Shown in pieces: positions 1 to 9,511 of a DNA stretch of 64,000 nucleotides (position 1 is its first letter; every line of letters starts with the position of its first letter). The stretch is from NCBI GenBank assembly GCA_965261595.1, contig CBDHDG010000007.1, forward strand, positions 768,001-832,000, given 5' to 3'. This DNA is from a bacterium. GTDB taxonomy: Bacteria > UBA8248 > JACPRG01 > G963555815. The position numbers were made by a program, and so were the translations under genes. Under the pieces are notes generated by a model. It was not told the DNA's origin. It searched no databases and saw only the letters and a program-made list of their open reading frames with translations.

Positions 1-712
1 TGTAAACGCGGGCTCCCGTCTTTTGGGCGGCGGCGGCAAGGAACCGGACGGCCTTCCCCTCCGCGCCGTCGGGGGAGGCGCTCATCCAATCGGCGAGGTC
101 CGTGGAGTTTTCCGCCGCCTTCAGCCGCTTCATTCCTTCCACGCACATCTCGTGATCTTCCGCGTGGACACAGGCCAATCCGGGCCGGGGCAATCCGGCG
201 ATCACCTCGAATCCCTTTATGAGATTGTCGGGGTCCATGACGGGGATTTCCGGGATGCCGTGCAGGTAGAACTTGAACGCCGGATTCCCGTACCGTTCGG
301 CCAGCATGGGGATGTCCGGGATCTGCGCGGGCTCCAGGATCACCAGGTGAAAGAGGATGTCGGTGAAGATCCGGCTTTCCGCCCGTTTCGCGAAATCCTC
401 GACCTTGCCGACGTATGAGCCCTTCTCCCGAAGAAAGCAGCCGACCGTCGTGATTCCGCCCTTGAGGGCCGCCCGCGTTTCGGTCAGGCATTCCTCGTCG
501 TATCGGTCGCCGCGGACGCCCAGGTGGATGTGCGGGTCGATGATGCCCGGCAGAAGCGCCCTGCCCGCCACGTCGAGCGTCCGCCGGGCCTCGGGCGTTT
601 GCCCGTCCAGATGCACCCCCGCAATCTTCCCGTCCTTCACGCCGATGGCGCCGTCCCGCACGTCTTCGCGGGGAAAGACGAGCTTCGCGTTTCGCAGAAG
701 CAGATCAAGCAA
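1..712 (-). CDS. Cyclic amidohydrolase (dihydroorotase/dihydropyrimidinase/allantoinase family), partial, runs off window start
   Basis: Manual minus-strand translation MLDLLLRNAKLVFP...GIIDPHIHLG...AALKGGITT...FKFY...VHAED; TTG start after GGGAGG RBS; absent from ORF track because truncated. Confidence 0.85.
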   Translation of the reverse strand, partial: MLDLLLRNAKLVFPREDVRDGAIGVKDGKIAGVHLDGQTPEARRTLDVAGRALLPGIIDPHIHLGVRGDRYDEECLTETRAALKGGITTVGCFLREKGSYVGKVEDFAKRAESRIFTDILFHLVILEPAQIPDIPMLAERYGNPAFKFYLHGIPEIPVMDPDNLIKGFEVIAGLPRPGLACVHAEDHEMCVEGMKRLKAAENSTDLADWMSASPDGAEGKAVRFLAAAAQKTGARVY

Positions 713-960
713 GAGCGGACCCTCCCGTGAAAGAATTTTCCGGCGCGGCGATTAATGAAGAGGAGCAATCAGCGCATGAAAGCCTAACCCCCGTTTTCAG
801 GGTGGAAGCCGTCCACCTTCCGCTTTTCCTGATCAGCGGGGGCTGAAGCCTTCCGGCGAGAAGACCCGGCGCCCATAAGGGGATTGACGTGTTGATCGAG
901 GTTTTGTCCGTCCGGACCGCCTCACCTGGAGCGGTTCCCCGGTCGGGTTTGGCCCTCCGC

Positions 961-1632
961 CTATGACGCGCCCGCCACCGCGGCCTGCTCATCCGCCACC
1001 GTCTCCCAGGACGCCTGGACCTCCTTCGCCGTGGAGACCACGCCGAAGTACTCGTCGATGATCCGCTTCGTCCCTTCTTGAAGGGCCGGGTCGAACGTGC
1101 CGCAGCAGTCATCGACCAGGACGACATAGTAGCCCAGGAAGAAGCCGTGGCGCGAGGCGGACTCGACGCAGCACTCGGTCGTGCAGCCGGTCATGAGCAG
1201 GGTGTGGATGCCGTTGGACTTGAGGACCACGTCGAGATTCGTCCCTTCGAAGGCGTCATAGCGGTGCTTCGTGACGATGACCTCGCTCTCCTTTGGCTTC
1301 AAAATGTAGAATTCCTGTCCCCAGGTGTCCGAGAGGCACGGGGCGCGGTTGTGCGTCCGCCGCTGCGTCCTTTCCTTCTGGTTGTTCCCGATGAATACGT
1401 CATCGTAAGCGCAGCGGATCCAGACGACCTGGACGCCGTGCGCCCGGGCCACGTCGATGAACTTCTCCAGGCGAGGGACCATCTCCTGAATGTCCTCCAG
1501 CGGCTGGTCCCGGCCGCCCTTCCCCATCCAGCCGTCGGTGGCGCAGAAGTCGTTCTGGACGTCCACGACGATGATCGCCGAATGGTCGGGAAACACCTTC
1601 TCGTCGAAGGACGTGAAAAGGGGCGCTTGCAT
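961..1632 (-). CDS. Isochorismatase-family cysteine hydrolase
   Basis: IIVVDVQNDF, KHRYDAF, GCTTECCVES motifs; ATG 1632 preceded by GGGAG. Confidence 0.9.
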   Translation of the reverse strand: MQAPLFTSFDEKVFPDHSAIIVVDVQNDFCATDGWMGKGGRDQPLEDIQEMVPRLEKFIDVARAHGVQVVWIRCAYDDVFIGNNQKERTQRRTHNRAPCLSDTWGQEFYILKPKESEVIVTKHRYDAFEGTNLDVVLKSNGIHTLLMTGCTTECCVESASRHGFFLGYYVVLVDDCCGTFDPALQEGTKRIIDEYFGVVSTAKEVQASWETVADEQAAVAGAS

Positions 1633-1791
1633 GGCGGATCTCCCTGTCTTGAACCCTGTGAATGAAATGGCGAGCTCCATGCTGACATAAATTGGGTCCC
1701 GCGAACAAGATCCCGCCGGATGGCGTGAAGGGCGTGATACGGCTTGTCGGAGATTTTCCCCCTTGAAAAAAAGATATGGGGGGGTGAATCT

Positions 1792-2038
1792 CTAGTGTTC
1801 TGTCTGATAAATTCGTTGAATAATGCCGGCGATGATCCGTGCTCAGGAGCACCTGAGATGAGCAGGAGGGCTCAATGCGTCCGGTCGCCAAACGCCGAAG
1901 CCGGGCGGGCAAGATGCCCGCCCGGCTTCGGCGTTTGCAAATGGCCCCACTGCTCGGTAGGCCGGGCTTCCAGCCCGGCCTCAATTGGCAGACGAATTTC
2001 CTTGAGTTCATCAACGAATTTCTCAATCAGGGCACTAG
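1792..2038. mobile_element. MITE-like element with ~28-bp imperfect TIRs and CTAG at both ends
   Basis: CTAGTGttCTGtcTGAtAAATTCGTTGA vs reverse complement of 2011-2038 CTAGTGccCTGatTGAgAAATTCGTTGA; internal 23-bp perfect hairpin; no transposase. Confidence 0.7.
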
Positions 2039-2301
2039 CAGGCTGCGGAAAAACTCCCGAAATTGGGACCGGCGCAACGGATTTCCTAAACGTCCCACTT
2101 TCAGGATGTAGGGGAGCCCCTTGCGGGCTCCCTTGTAGGCTCGATGGGCCATCGAAGGAAGAGTCGAACAATCAATGGGTTATCCTCTCCTCGCAAAAAG
2201 CGGGAGGGCGCAAGGCCCTCCCCTACAACAATTATCATCACGATAGATGAGCATACGAATCGCTCCAACGGTCCTGAGCAAGATCGTTTTTCCGCAACCT
2301 G
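2039..2301. mobile_element. Second MITE-like element containing GTAG-type REP palindromes
   Basis: TIRs CAGGCTGCGGAAAAAC / GTTTTTCCGCAACCTG, flanked by CTAG and ATAG; internal TGTAGGGGAGCCC...CCCTCCCCTACA. Confidence 0.65.
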
Positions 2302-2492
2302 ATAGTGGCTGGAGATTCTATATTCAATGATCTCAGCGGAGGAGGGAAGGGATGAAGGACCGAGGGTTTTCTATCGGCGAGTCCGCAAACGTGGCTGGAC
2401 TAACGGTGAGGACTGCACCTGGGAGACCAGTGGCTGCGTGCGGCCGTCGGACGAGACCGTTGGGGAAAATTCCCGTCGGAAAGGGGGAAGTC

Positions 2493-2723
2493 ATGTGTGA
2501 GTATTGTGGATGCGAAGAGGGTTTTCAGAGTGTGAAGGTCATCCTTCTGTCCGGCTCCGTCGTCGTGAGCCGTCATCACCCCAAAACGGCCCTTGGCCTG
2601 GTGGCGGAAAGCGGCAAGAACCCGCCGGAGCGCGTAAAGATGATCAGCCTCTTCACCGATAACGACCAGACCGGCGAGCCGGTGGACGCCTATTACGGCG
2701 CGATACGCGCGGTCCGGGAGTGA
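2493..2723 (+). CDS. Small protein with N-terminal MCxxCGC metal-binding motif
   Basis: MCEYCGCEE after AGGGGG RBS; ends 4 bp before the permease start. Confidence 0.6.
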   Translation: MCEYCGCEEGFQSVKVILLSGSVVVSRHHPKTALGLVAESGKNPPERVKMISLFTDNDQTGEPVDAYYGAIRAVRE

Positions 2724-2727
2724 CGCC

Positions 2728-3900
2728 ATGCCCGCCTGGCTCAAGCGCAGCCTTCTCAATCTCCGGCGGAGGCCGTTCCGCACCGGTCTCGTTTCGATTT
2801 TTCTCGCCCTTGTGATCGGCCTGTTCACCGTCATGGCGGTCATCAATCGTTTCTCGGCGGAACGTTTCGCCGAGTTGGAAGGGGCCTTGGAATCATCCAT
2901 TGACGTTCGTCCGATTGGCTCTCTGGGGCTCGGCGGCAGGCGCTCCCGGCCGCTGGCTTTTGGTCTTGAGGGCGAAATCCGGAAGCTCTACGCGAATGTC
3001 CAAGTGGACCCGTATCTCATAAGCCGGGAGTTCAAGGGTGACCGAACGGTATTTTATGTCGGCGTTCGGCCGGGCTCGCCTCTTCGGCCGGTGGGCGATC
3101 CCGAGTCCATGAGTGAGCGCCTGGCCGCCGGGCGCGTCTTCCGAGCCGATGAGGCGGACAAGCTTGTGGCCGTCCTGGGTTTGGAGGCGGCGCGCCGCCA
3201 AGGGATCGATCCGTCTACCTTGAACCATCCGGTGATCGTCACAATCCGGGACAAAACGTGGCGGGTCATCGGTCTGTTCGACGGCGGCAACGGTTTTGTG
3301 AATGGCCAGGTCTTTCTTCCGTTTGAATCGATGCGGCGGCGATTCAACGCGGCGGGACTGTCCCGCATTGTCGTTCGGGCTTCCTCGGCGGCTGAGGCGG
3401 AGAAGACGGCCGATGCCTTGCGCATCAAGCTGGCCGGCCAGGCGGATGTTGTGACGAATCGGCCGGCGGTAAAGATTGCCCAGCGATTTCTCGCCGGCAT
3501 CTCCGGGGCGACGCGGACGGGCGCGCTGTTATTTCTGATCGCCGGCGCCCTGGTCGTCATCGGCGCCATGGTGTTGGCCTTCCGTGACCAGCAACGCGAA
3601 ATTGGCGTGGAAAAGGCGCTGGGGGCCTCGAATTCGGTGATCGCCGTACGGCTCCTGGCGGAGTCGGTGTTTCTCACGACGCTCGGCGGGATGGGCGGCC
3701 TGGCCGTCTCCTGGCTCGGGCTGGCGATCTACGCGCGAAGTTGGACGAGCATCAAGTTCGGATTGATCCGCACCCCTTTGCCTCCGCTGACCGTTGCGGT
3801 CATTCTTCTGACGTGCTTGTTGCTGGGCGCGGTGGGGAGTCTCTATCCCATCCTCCGCAGCCGCCGGCTCAATCCGGCTGTCATCCTGCGTGAAGAGTGA
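2728..3900 (+). CDS. MacB/FtsX-family ABC transporter permease
   Basis: N-terminal TM, periplasmic domain, REIGVEKALGAS motif, C-terminal LNPAVILREE. Confidence 0.9.
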   Translation: MPAWLKRSLLNLRRRPFRTGLVSIFLALVIGLFTVMAVINRFSAERFAELEGALESSIDVRPIGSLGLGGRRSRPLAFGLEGEIRKLYANVQVDPYLISREFKGDRTVFYVGVRPGSPLRPVGDPESMSERLAAGRVFRADEADKLVAVLGLEAARRQGIDPSTLNHPVIVTIRDKTWRVIGLFDGGNGFVNGQVFLPFESMRRRFNAAGLSRIVVRASSAAEAEKTADALRIKLAGQADVVTNRPAVKIAQRFLAGISGATRTGALLFLIAGALVVIGAMVLAFRDQQREIGVEKALGASNSVIAVRLLAESVFLTTLGGMGGLAVSWLGLAIYARSWTSIKFGLIRTPLPPLTVAVILLTCLLLGAVGSLYPILRSRRLNPAVILREE

Positions 3901-5200
3901 CCCGGTAATGTTCCGGAAATTCCTTTTGCACTACGCCTGGCGCAACCTCTGGCGCGCGAAAGGACGCACGATTTGGGTCCTCGCCCTCACCGCGCCAATG
4001 TTCCTGTCCGTCTTGATGATGCTCGCCATATCCAGCGCCTTGGACACGCAGGTCCGCCATCTGGGCAGGGGGACCGCCACGTTGATCCAGGTCCGGGCCC
4101 GTGCGGCCTTTGGACATGTCAACCAGGCGGGCGGTCTGAATCGGTTGCTGCCCGCCTCAGCCGAAAGCCGGATCGCACAGATGGATCATGTCGTAAAAGT
4201 TGAGCCGTACCTTGTGGCCATCGAGCCGATCGGGGGTTACTACATGACCCTTCACACCGGTGTGCGGCCGGGCGACGCGCGCCGTCTCGCCACCCATGGC
4301 GAAGTGGGACAGGTGGAAATCGTCGCCGGACGAGACCTGACTTCGGACGATGAGGGAAAGGACATCGCCCTTTTGGGCGTCGCCTATGCCCGGAAGATGG
4401 GGATCACGCCGAAAACATTCCGGCCCGGTGAAACGGTGTTCGTCAAGGCCCCTTTGCACGATGGCGAGCCCGGGGTGATTCAGACGGGGATGCGAACCAT
4501 AGGCGGCCGGCCCTTTCGTCTCGCGGGGCTTTTCACCAGCGGTTACGCCTTCGGCGACAACCAGATGTTTCTCCCCTATGAGACCTTCCAACGCCACTAT
4601 GGCGTCAAGGACAAAATCTCCAAGCTGTTCGTTCGAGTGGATCAGGTTGATCACGTGCCGACCGTGGCCAAAGCCATCCGGGCGAAGTTTCCCGAGCTCG
4701 ACGTAGGGACGCGCAAAGACGGCGCCCGGTTCATGTCGGCCGCCCTCGCGACGATGCGGCGCATCGGGCGAATTTGGGTCGCGGGCATGGTGATTCTCTC
4801 CGGGGCGATTGTTCTCTTTGCCATGCTCCTGGCCGCCGATGAACGCATCCGCGAGTTGGGCACGCTCAAAGCGATTGGCGCGTCCACAAAAGACATGGCT
4901 GTCATTGTCATCGCGGAATCATCGCTGATCGCCGGGATGGGCGCGGCCCTGGGCGGGATGCTGTATGTCTCGTTCGGTCCGGCCCTCGGCCGGGCCTTTT
5001 TCGGCGCGACCCTGGGGGTCTATCTGCCCGGCCAGTACGGGGAAAGCCTCTTGGACAACATGATCTTGCGCTACTCGGTATCCGCCGGATTGATCCTCGC
5101 CCTTGTGATCGCCGCCGCCGCGGTGGGTTTCCTCGGCAGCCTTTATGCCCTATATCGCGCTTACCGGCTGAGCCCGGTCGAGGCCCTGCGACATGGCTGA
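3890..5200 (+). CDS. MacB/FtsX-family ABC transporter permease (second)
   Basis: YAWRNLWR, RELGTLKAIGA, LSPVEALR; start may be ATG 3908. Confidence 0.9.
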   Translation: MKSDPVMFRKFLLHYAWRNLWRAKGRTIWVLALTAPMFLSVLMMLAISSALDTQVRHLGRGTATLIQVRARAAFGHVNQAGGLNRLLPASAESRIAQMDHVVKVEPYLVAIEPIGGYYMTLHTGVRPGDARRLATHGEVGQVEIVAGRDLTSDDEGKDIALLGVAYARKMGITPKTFRPGETVFVKAPLHDGEPGVIQTGMRTIGGRPFRLAGLFTSGYAFGDNQMFLPYETFQRHYGVKDKISKLFVRVDQVDHVPTVAKAIRAKFPELDVGTRKDGARFMSAALATMRRIGRIWVAGMVILSGAIVLFAMLLAADERIRELGTLKAIGASTKDMAVIVIAESSLIAGMGAALGGMLYVSFGPALGRAFFGATLGVYLPGQYGESLLDNMILRYSVSAGLILALVIAAAAVGFLGSLYALYRAYRLSPVEALRHG

Positions 5201-5905
5201 TTCCCCCCCCCCTCCCCGAGAGCCGGCCCCGTGGTCCGGCTGAGCCGCGTGTGGAAGCGCTACCGCCTGGGGACGACGGTTGTCGAGGCCCTCCGGGGGA
5301 TCGATCTCGTCATCCATCGGGGCGAGGTGATCGGCCTCATCGGTCCCAGCGGCAGCGGAAAATCGACCCTCCTGCATATCATCGGCGGGATGGACCAGGC
5401 CGGCGAGGGCGAGGTGAACGTCGCGGGGGAGGACCTTCATCGACTGACGCCCGCCCGCCTGACCGCTTTCCGGCGGGGGAACGTGGGCTTCGTCTTTCAG
5501 GGCTTCAACCTGATTCCGAACCTGACCGCCCTCGAAAACGTCCTTCTCCCGACGGAGTTCGCCGGCGCGCCGCGGAGCTTCTGGAGCGCGTGGGCCTGGC
5601 CGGCCGGATGCGCCACCGGCCGGGTCAGCTCAGCGGCGGCGAGCAGCAGCGCGTCAGCCATCGCCCGGGCGCTCGTCAACCGCCCGACGCTCGTGATGGC
5701 CGATGAGCCGACCGGGAACCTCGACACGAAGACCGGAGCGGCGATTGTCGAGCTGCTCACCTCGCTTGCCGGCGAGCAGACCGTCCTGGTCGCGACGCAC
5801 GATGAGCGAATCGCGCAAAAGGCCGATCGGGTCATCCACCTGTCCGATGGCGATATCGTGAAGGATGAGGGGGTCGCGGCGAAGGCAGGCCGGGCGGATC
5901 TTTGA
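5193..5905 (+). CDS. LolD/MacB-type ABC ATP-binding protein (apparent frameshifts)
   Basis: GPSGSGKST, ADEPTGNLD and THD in one frame; LSGGEQQRV signature in another frame (~5575-5655); poly-C run near the start. Confidence 0.8.
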
Positions 5906-6088
5906 CCGGAATCCGTCATGACCCGCATTTTTCAGGACCCGATTGTTTTGCTGTCGCTCACCCCCGCGATTCCGCCCCCCCCTCCCTCTCCCCCCCCGGG
6001 ACTTCTCGCCGGTCATCAGGGGCGAAGCCGGTTTTGCCTCGCCCTCACCGATGAAATCCGGAAAATACCCCGCCGCGCGAATTTCCCC

Positions 6089-6120
6089 TTGACCCCGTAT
6101 GTCGGTACGGGATTTATATT
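6089..6120 (+). promoter_or_regulatory. MerR-family-type promoter/operator
   Basis: TTGACC, 19-20 bp spacer containing dyad CCGTA-N6-TACGG, then TTATAT/TATATT; resembles the classic mer operator TTGACTCCGTAC...GTACGG. Confidence 0.7.
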
Positions 6121-6142
6121 CAATGTCCGGGGGGATGCGGTG

Positions 6143-8623
6143 ATGACGGAAGCCGAACGGAAGCCGATGGAAAAGCTCAACCTGAAAATCGGCGGGATGC
6201 AGTGCTCCTTCTGCGTCGATAGCATTCACAAGGCCCTCGCCCGCATGAAAGGCGTGGGCGAGGTCGCCGTGAGCCTGTCGCACGAAGAGGCCCTGGTCCG
6301 GTACGACCCGGAGGAGGCGGCGCCCGCCGAGATCGAAGACACCCTGACGAGCATGGGGTACACCGTCCGGGACCCCCGAAAGGTTTTTTCCTTCGAAGAA
6401 GGAGAGGCCGAAGTCCGCCGGCACAGAAACCTGCTTGCGGTGACGGCGGTGTTCATGGCGGCCTCCCTGGGTCTGATGACGCCGATGTGGCTGGGCGTCC
6501 GGCACCCATGGTTCAAGTGGGCGATGCTCGCCCTCGCCCTGGGAATGGTCTTCGGCGTGGGCCGTTCCATCCTGAAGATGGCCTGGGCCGCGCTGCGCCG
6601 GGGCATCCTGAACCAGCACATCCTCATGGAGTTCGGCGCCTTCGGCGGCCTGGCGGGGGGCGCGGTCGGGTTCTTCAAGGCGCCCTGGCCCACGGGAGAC
6701 TTCCTGGGGGCCGCGGTCTTCATCACCGCCTATCACGTCCTCTCGATGTACGTCTCCACGGTGGTCCGGACGAAGAGCTCCCGGGCCATCCGGAAGCTGA
6801 TGGACCTCCGGCCCGCGACGGCCCGCGTCGTGCGCGACGGCAAGGAGGAGGAGACGCCCGTCGAGGAGGTTCGCCCGGGCGACCTCGTGCGCATCCGTCC
6901 CGGCGAAGGCGTCCCCGTGGACGGCGTGGTCGTGGAGGGCCTTTCCGGGGTGGACAACAGTCTCGTGACGGGGGAGTCCATCCCGGTGGAGCGGACCGCC
7001 GGCGATGAGGTCATCGCCGGCTCTGTGAACCAGACCGGAACGCTCCTGGTGAGGGTCACGAAAGTTGGCGAAGAGAGTTTCCTCCAGCGGGTGGCGCGCT
7101 CCATCCAGGAGGCCCGGGCGCTTAAGCCGGGGGTCCTGCAACTGGTCGAGCGCGTCCTGAAATGGTTCGTCCCGGGGGTCCTCATCGCTGCGGGGACGGC
7201 GTTCGCGCTTTGGACCTTCGGGTCCTGGCTGGTGATTGGAGAGCCCAACTTCGGCCGGGCTGTCTTCGCCGCGCTGGCGACGCTGGTGATGGGCTATCCC
7301 TGCGCCCTGGGGATGGCCACGCCCCTGGCGATGATCCGGGGCGGGGGGATAGCGGCCGAGAAGGGTGTCTTGATGCGCTCCGGCGAGGCCTTCCAGGTCT
7401 TCAAGGACGTGCGGAAGGTCGTTCTGGATAAGACCGGCACCCTCACCCGGGGGAGGCCCCGGGTGGTGGATATCGCGGCCGCGGAGGGTTTCCCGGAAGA
7501 ACGCGTCCTGGCCCTGGCGGCGGCGGCCGAGCGCCCTTCGGAGCATCCCCTGGCCCGGGCCATTGTGGAGCGGGCGGCGGCGGCGGGTTATCCGGAGGCC
7601 CGGGATTTCCAGGCCCTGCCCGGACAGGGGATCAAGGCGACGGTGGAGGGCAGACAAGTCCGGGTGGGCAGCCCCCGCTTTCTGGCGGAGGAAGGCGTGG
7701 ACCTGGGCGCGCTCCGGACGCGCGTGGAAGAGATGGAGGGCCGGGGCCAAACCGTCGTCGGGGTGGCCGAGGACGGGCGGGCGGCGGGGATCCTCGCCAT
7801 CGCCGACACCTTGAAAGATGACGCGGCGGAGACGGTCGCCCGAATGAAGGCGGCCGGTCTGGCGCCGGTCATGATCACCGGCGACAACCGGCGGACGGCG
7901 AATGCGGTGGCCGCTCAGGTCGGCATATCGGAGGTCCTGGCCGAAGTGCTCCCCGATCAGAAAGCCGAGCGGGTGCGGGAGCTTCAGCGTCAAGGCCATC
8001 GCGTGGCCATGGTCGGAGACGGCATCAATGACGCGCCCGCCCTCATGCAGTCGGACGTGGGGATCGCCATCGGCGCGGTGACGGACATCGCCATCGAATC
8101 CGCCGATGTCGTCCTCATGGGCGACCGGCTGGGCGGCGCGATGGACGCATACGCCATCGGCAAGAGCAGCTTCCGCAAGACCGTCCAGAACGTCGTCCTG
8201 GCCTTCGCCTTCAACGGCGTCGGCGTCCCGGCGGCGATGACGGGGATCGTCCACCCGGTCATGGCCATGATCGCCATGGCGGCCAGCGTCAGCGCCGTGC
8301 TGTTGAACTCATTCGGCGGGAGGCTTATCCCCCGTGGAGCGGGAAGGAGAGTCGATTCCGGGGCGTTGGCCCTCAGGCCCGCTCCGGCGTCGGCCGGGTC
8401 TTTCGTCTCCGGCGACGCCCGCCTGCTTGCCGTCACCGTGAAAGGCATGCACTGAGGCGGATGCCTCGCGGCCATCGAGCGGGCGCTCGAACCGATCCCC
8501 GGAGTCCACAAGGTGGAGGGAGACGTGAAGACGAAGCGGGTCGAAGTCCTCATCCAAGGGGAGGAGGACGTGGAGGAGGTTTTCCGGGCGTTGGAGCGGA
8601 GCGGGTTTCCGGCGGAGGTCTGA
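6143..8623 (+). CDS. Heavy-metal P1B-type ATPase (CopA-like) with N- and C-terminal HMA domains; probable selenocysteine at TGA 8453-8455
   Basis: GMQCSFC, TGES, YPC, DKTGT, SEHP, GDGIND; frame continues past TGA as GMH*GGCLAAIERAL...GFPAEV to stop 8621-8623, 4 bp before the next ATG. Confidence 0.9.
8475..8490 (+). promoter_or_regulatory. Candidate bacterial SECIS hairpin
   Basis: TCGAGC-GGGC-GCTCGA; G-initiated loop with 25 nt between the UGA and the loop. Confidence 0.65.
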
Positions 8624-8627
8624 AAAG

Positions 8628-9281
8628 ATGTGGGAGGCCGTTCAGTTCGTGGGCGTCCCCCTGGGGTTCGGCCTGATTGGTTTTGTCGAGCCTTGCTCGA
8701 TGGGGGCGAACTTCGTATTTCTCGCTTATCTTCTGGACCGGCCCGCCGCGGAGCGGGTCCGCCACGCCCTCACCTTCGTTCTGATCCGTTCGCTCTTCCT
8801 CGGGCTTCTGGGCGGCGGCGTCGCCTGGGCGGGGGAATCCATCGCGAAGGGCTCTTACCTCTACAGCGCGGGGCTCGGGGGGATCTACATCCTTCTCGGA
8901 CTGGCCGCGCTGGGGGTTCACTTCGGCCTGTTGCGGCTTCCCGCCGGGGACCCGCGGGGCTGGATCGAAAAAAAATCCGGTCTCGCGCTGCCGATGGGGA
9001 TCCTCTTCGGCCTGAGCGCGCCGATTTGCGCGGCCCCCTTGTTTCTGGCCCTTCTGGGGCAGGCGGGCGTGGCGGGCATGGGGAAGGGGTTTCTCTCCCT
9101 CGGCCTTTTCGGGCTCGCCCTGTCGGCGCCGTTCCTGGTCCTCGCGGCCTCGAAGCGGGCCTCGGATCTGCTCTCGCGGGTGGGAAGGCATGCGCCGCGC
9201 ATGACCCTCGTGGCCGGGGTCGTCCTCATCCTGTTGGGCCTTTGGAGCGTCGTCATCGGCTGGAAGGGCCTGCCGGTGTGA
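8628..9281 (+). CDS. DsbD/CcdA-family (cytochrome c biogenesis-type) membrane protein
   Basis: About 6 TM segments with EPC and PIC conserved Cys pair. Confidence 0.75.
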   Translation: MWEAVQFVGVPLGFGLIGFVEPCSMGANFVFLAYLLDRPAAERVRHALTFVLIRSLFLGLLGGGVAWAGESIAKGSYLYSAGLGGIYILLGLAALGVHFGLLRLPAGDPRGWIEKKSGLALPMGILFGLSAPICAAPLFLALLGQAGVAGMGKGFLSLGLFGLALSAPFLVLAASKRASDLLSRVGRHAPRMTLVAGVVLILLGLWSVVIGWKGLPV

Positions 9282-9511
9282 GCTCGGGAGACGGCATCTT
9301 ATCGAGGCCCAATCTCAATACCACTTCTCGTATTGAATGCTTCCCCGCGCCGCCGACGATTTCGCCGGCGGGTCCGCCATCAAGTCATATCGCGTTTCGC
9401 GGATCTCGATCAGGCCCATGGGGAACACAATGCCGGGATTTGGCCGGCGCCCGTCCGTTGGGCCGATGATTGCAAGCCGACCGGTTCAATCGACCTGCCC
9501 CGTTCCGGCGT

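Noticed and set aside
2306..2490. Riboswitch ahead of the MCxxCGC gene
   Set aside because: Some pairing (AACGGT/ACCGTT) but no match to cobalamin, NiCo, ZTP or c-di-GMP consensus that I could see
5654..8254. Long antisense ORFs (866 aa here; also 20547-22403, 53378-55102, 39843-41273)
   Set aside because: Shadow ORFs of well-supported genes in GC-rich DNA, with no motifs
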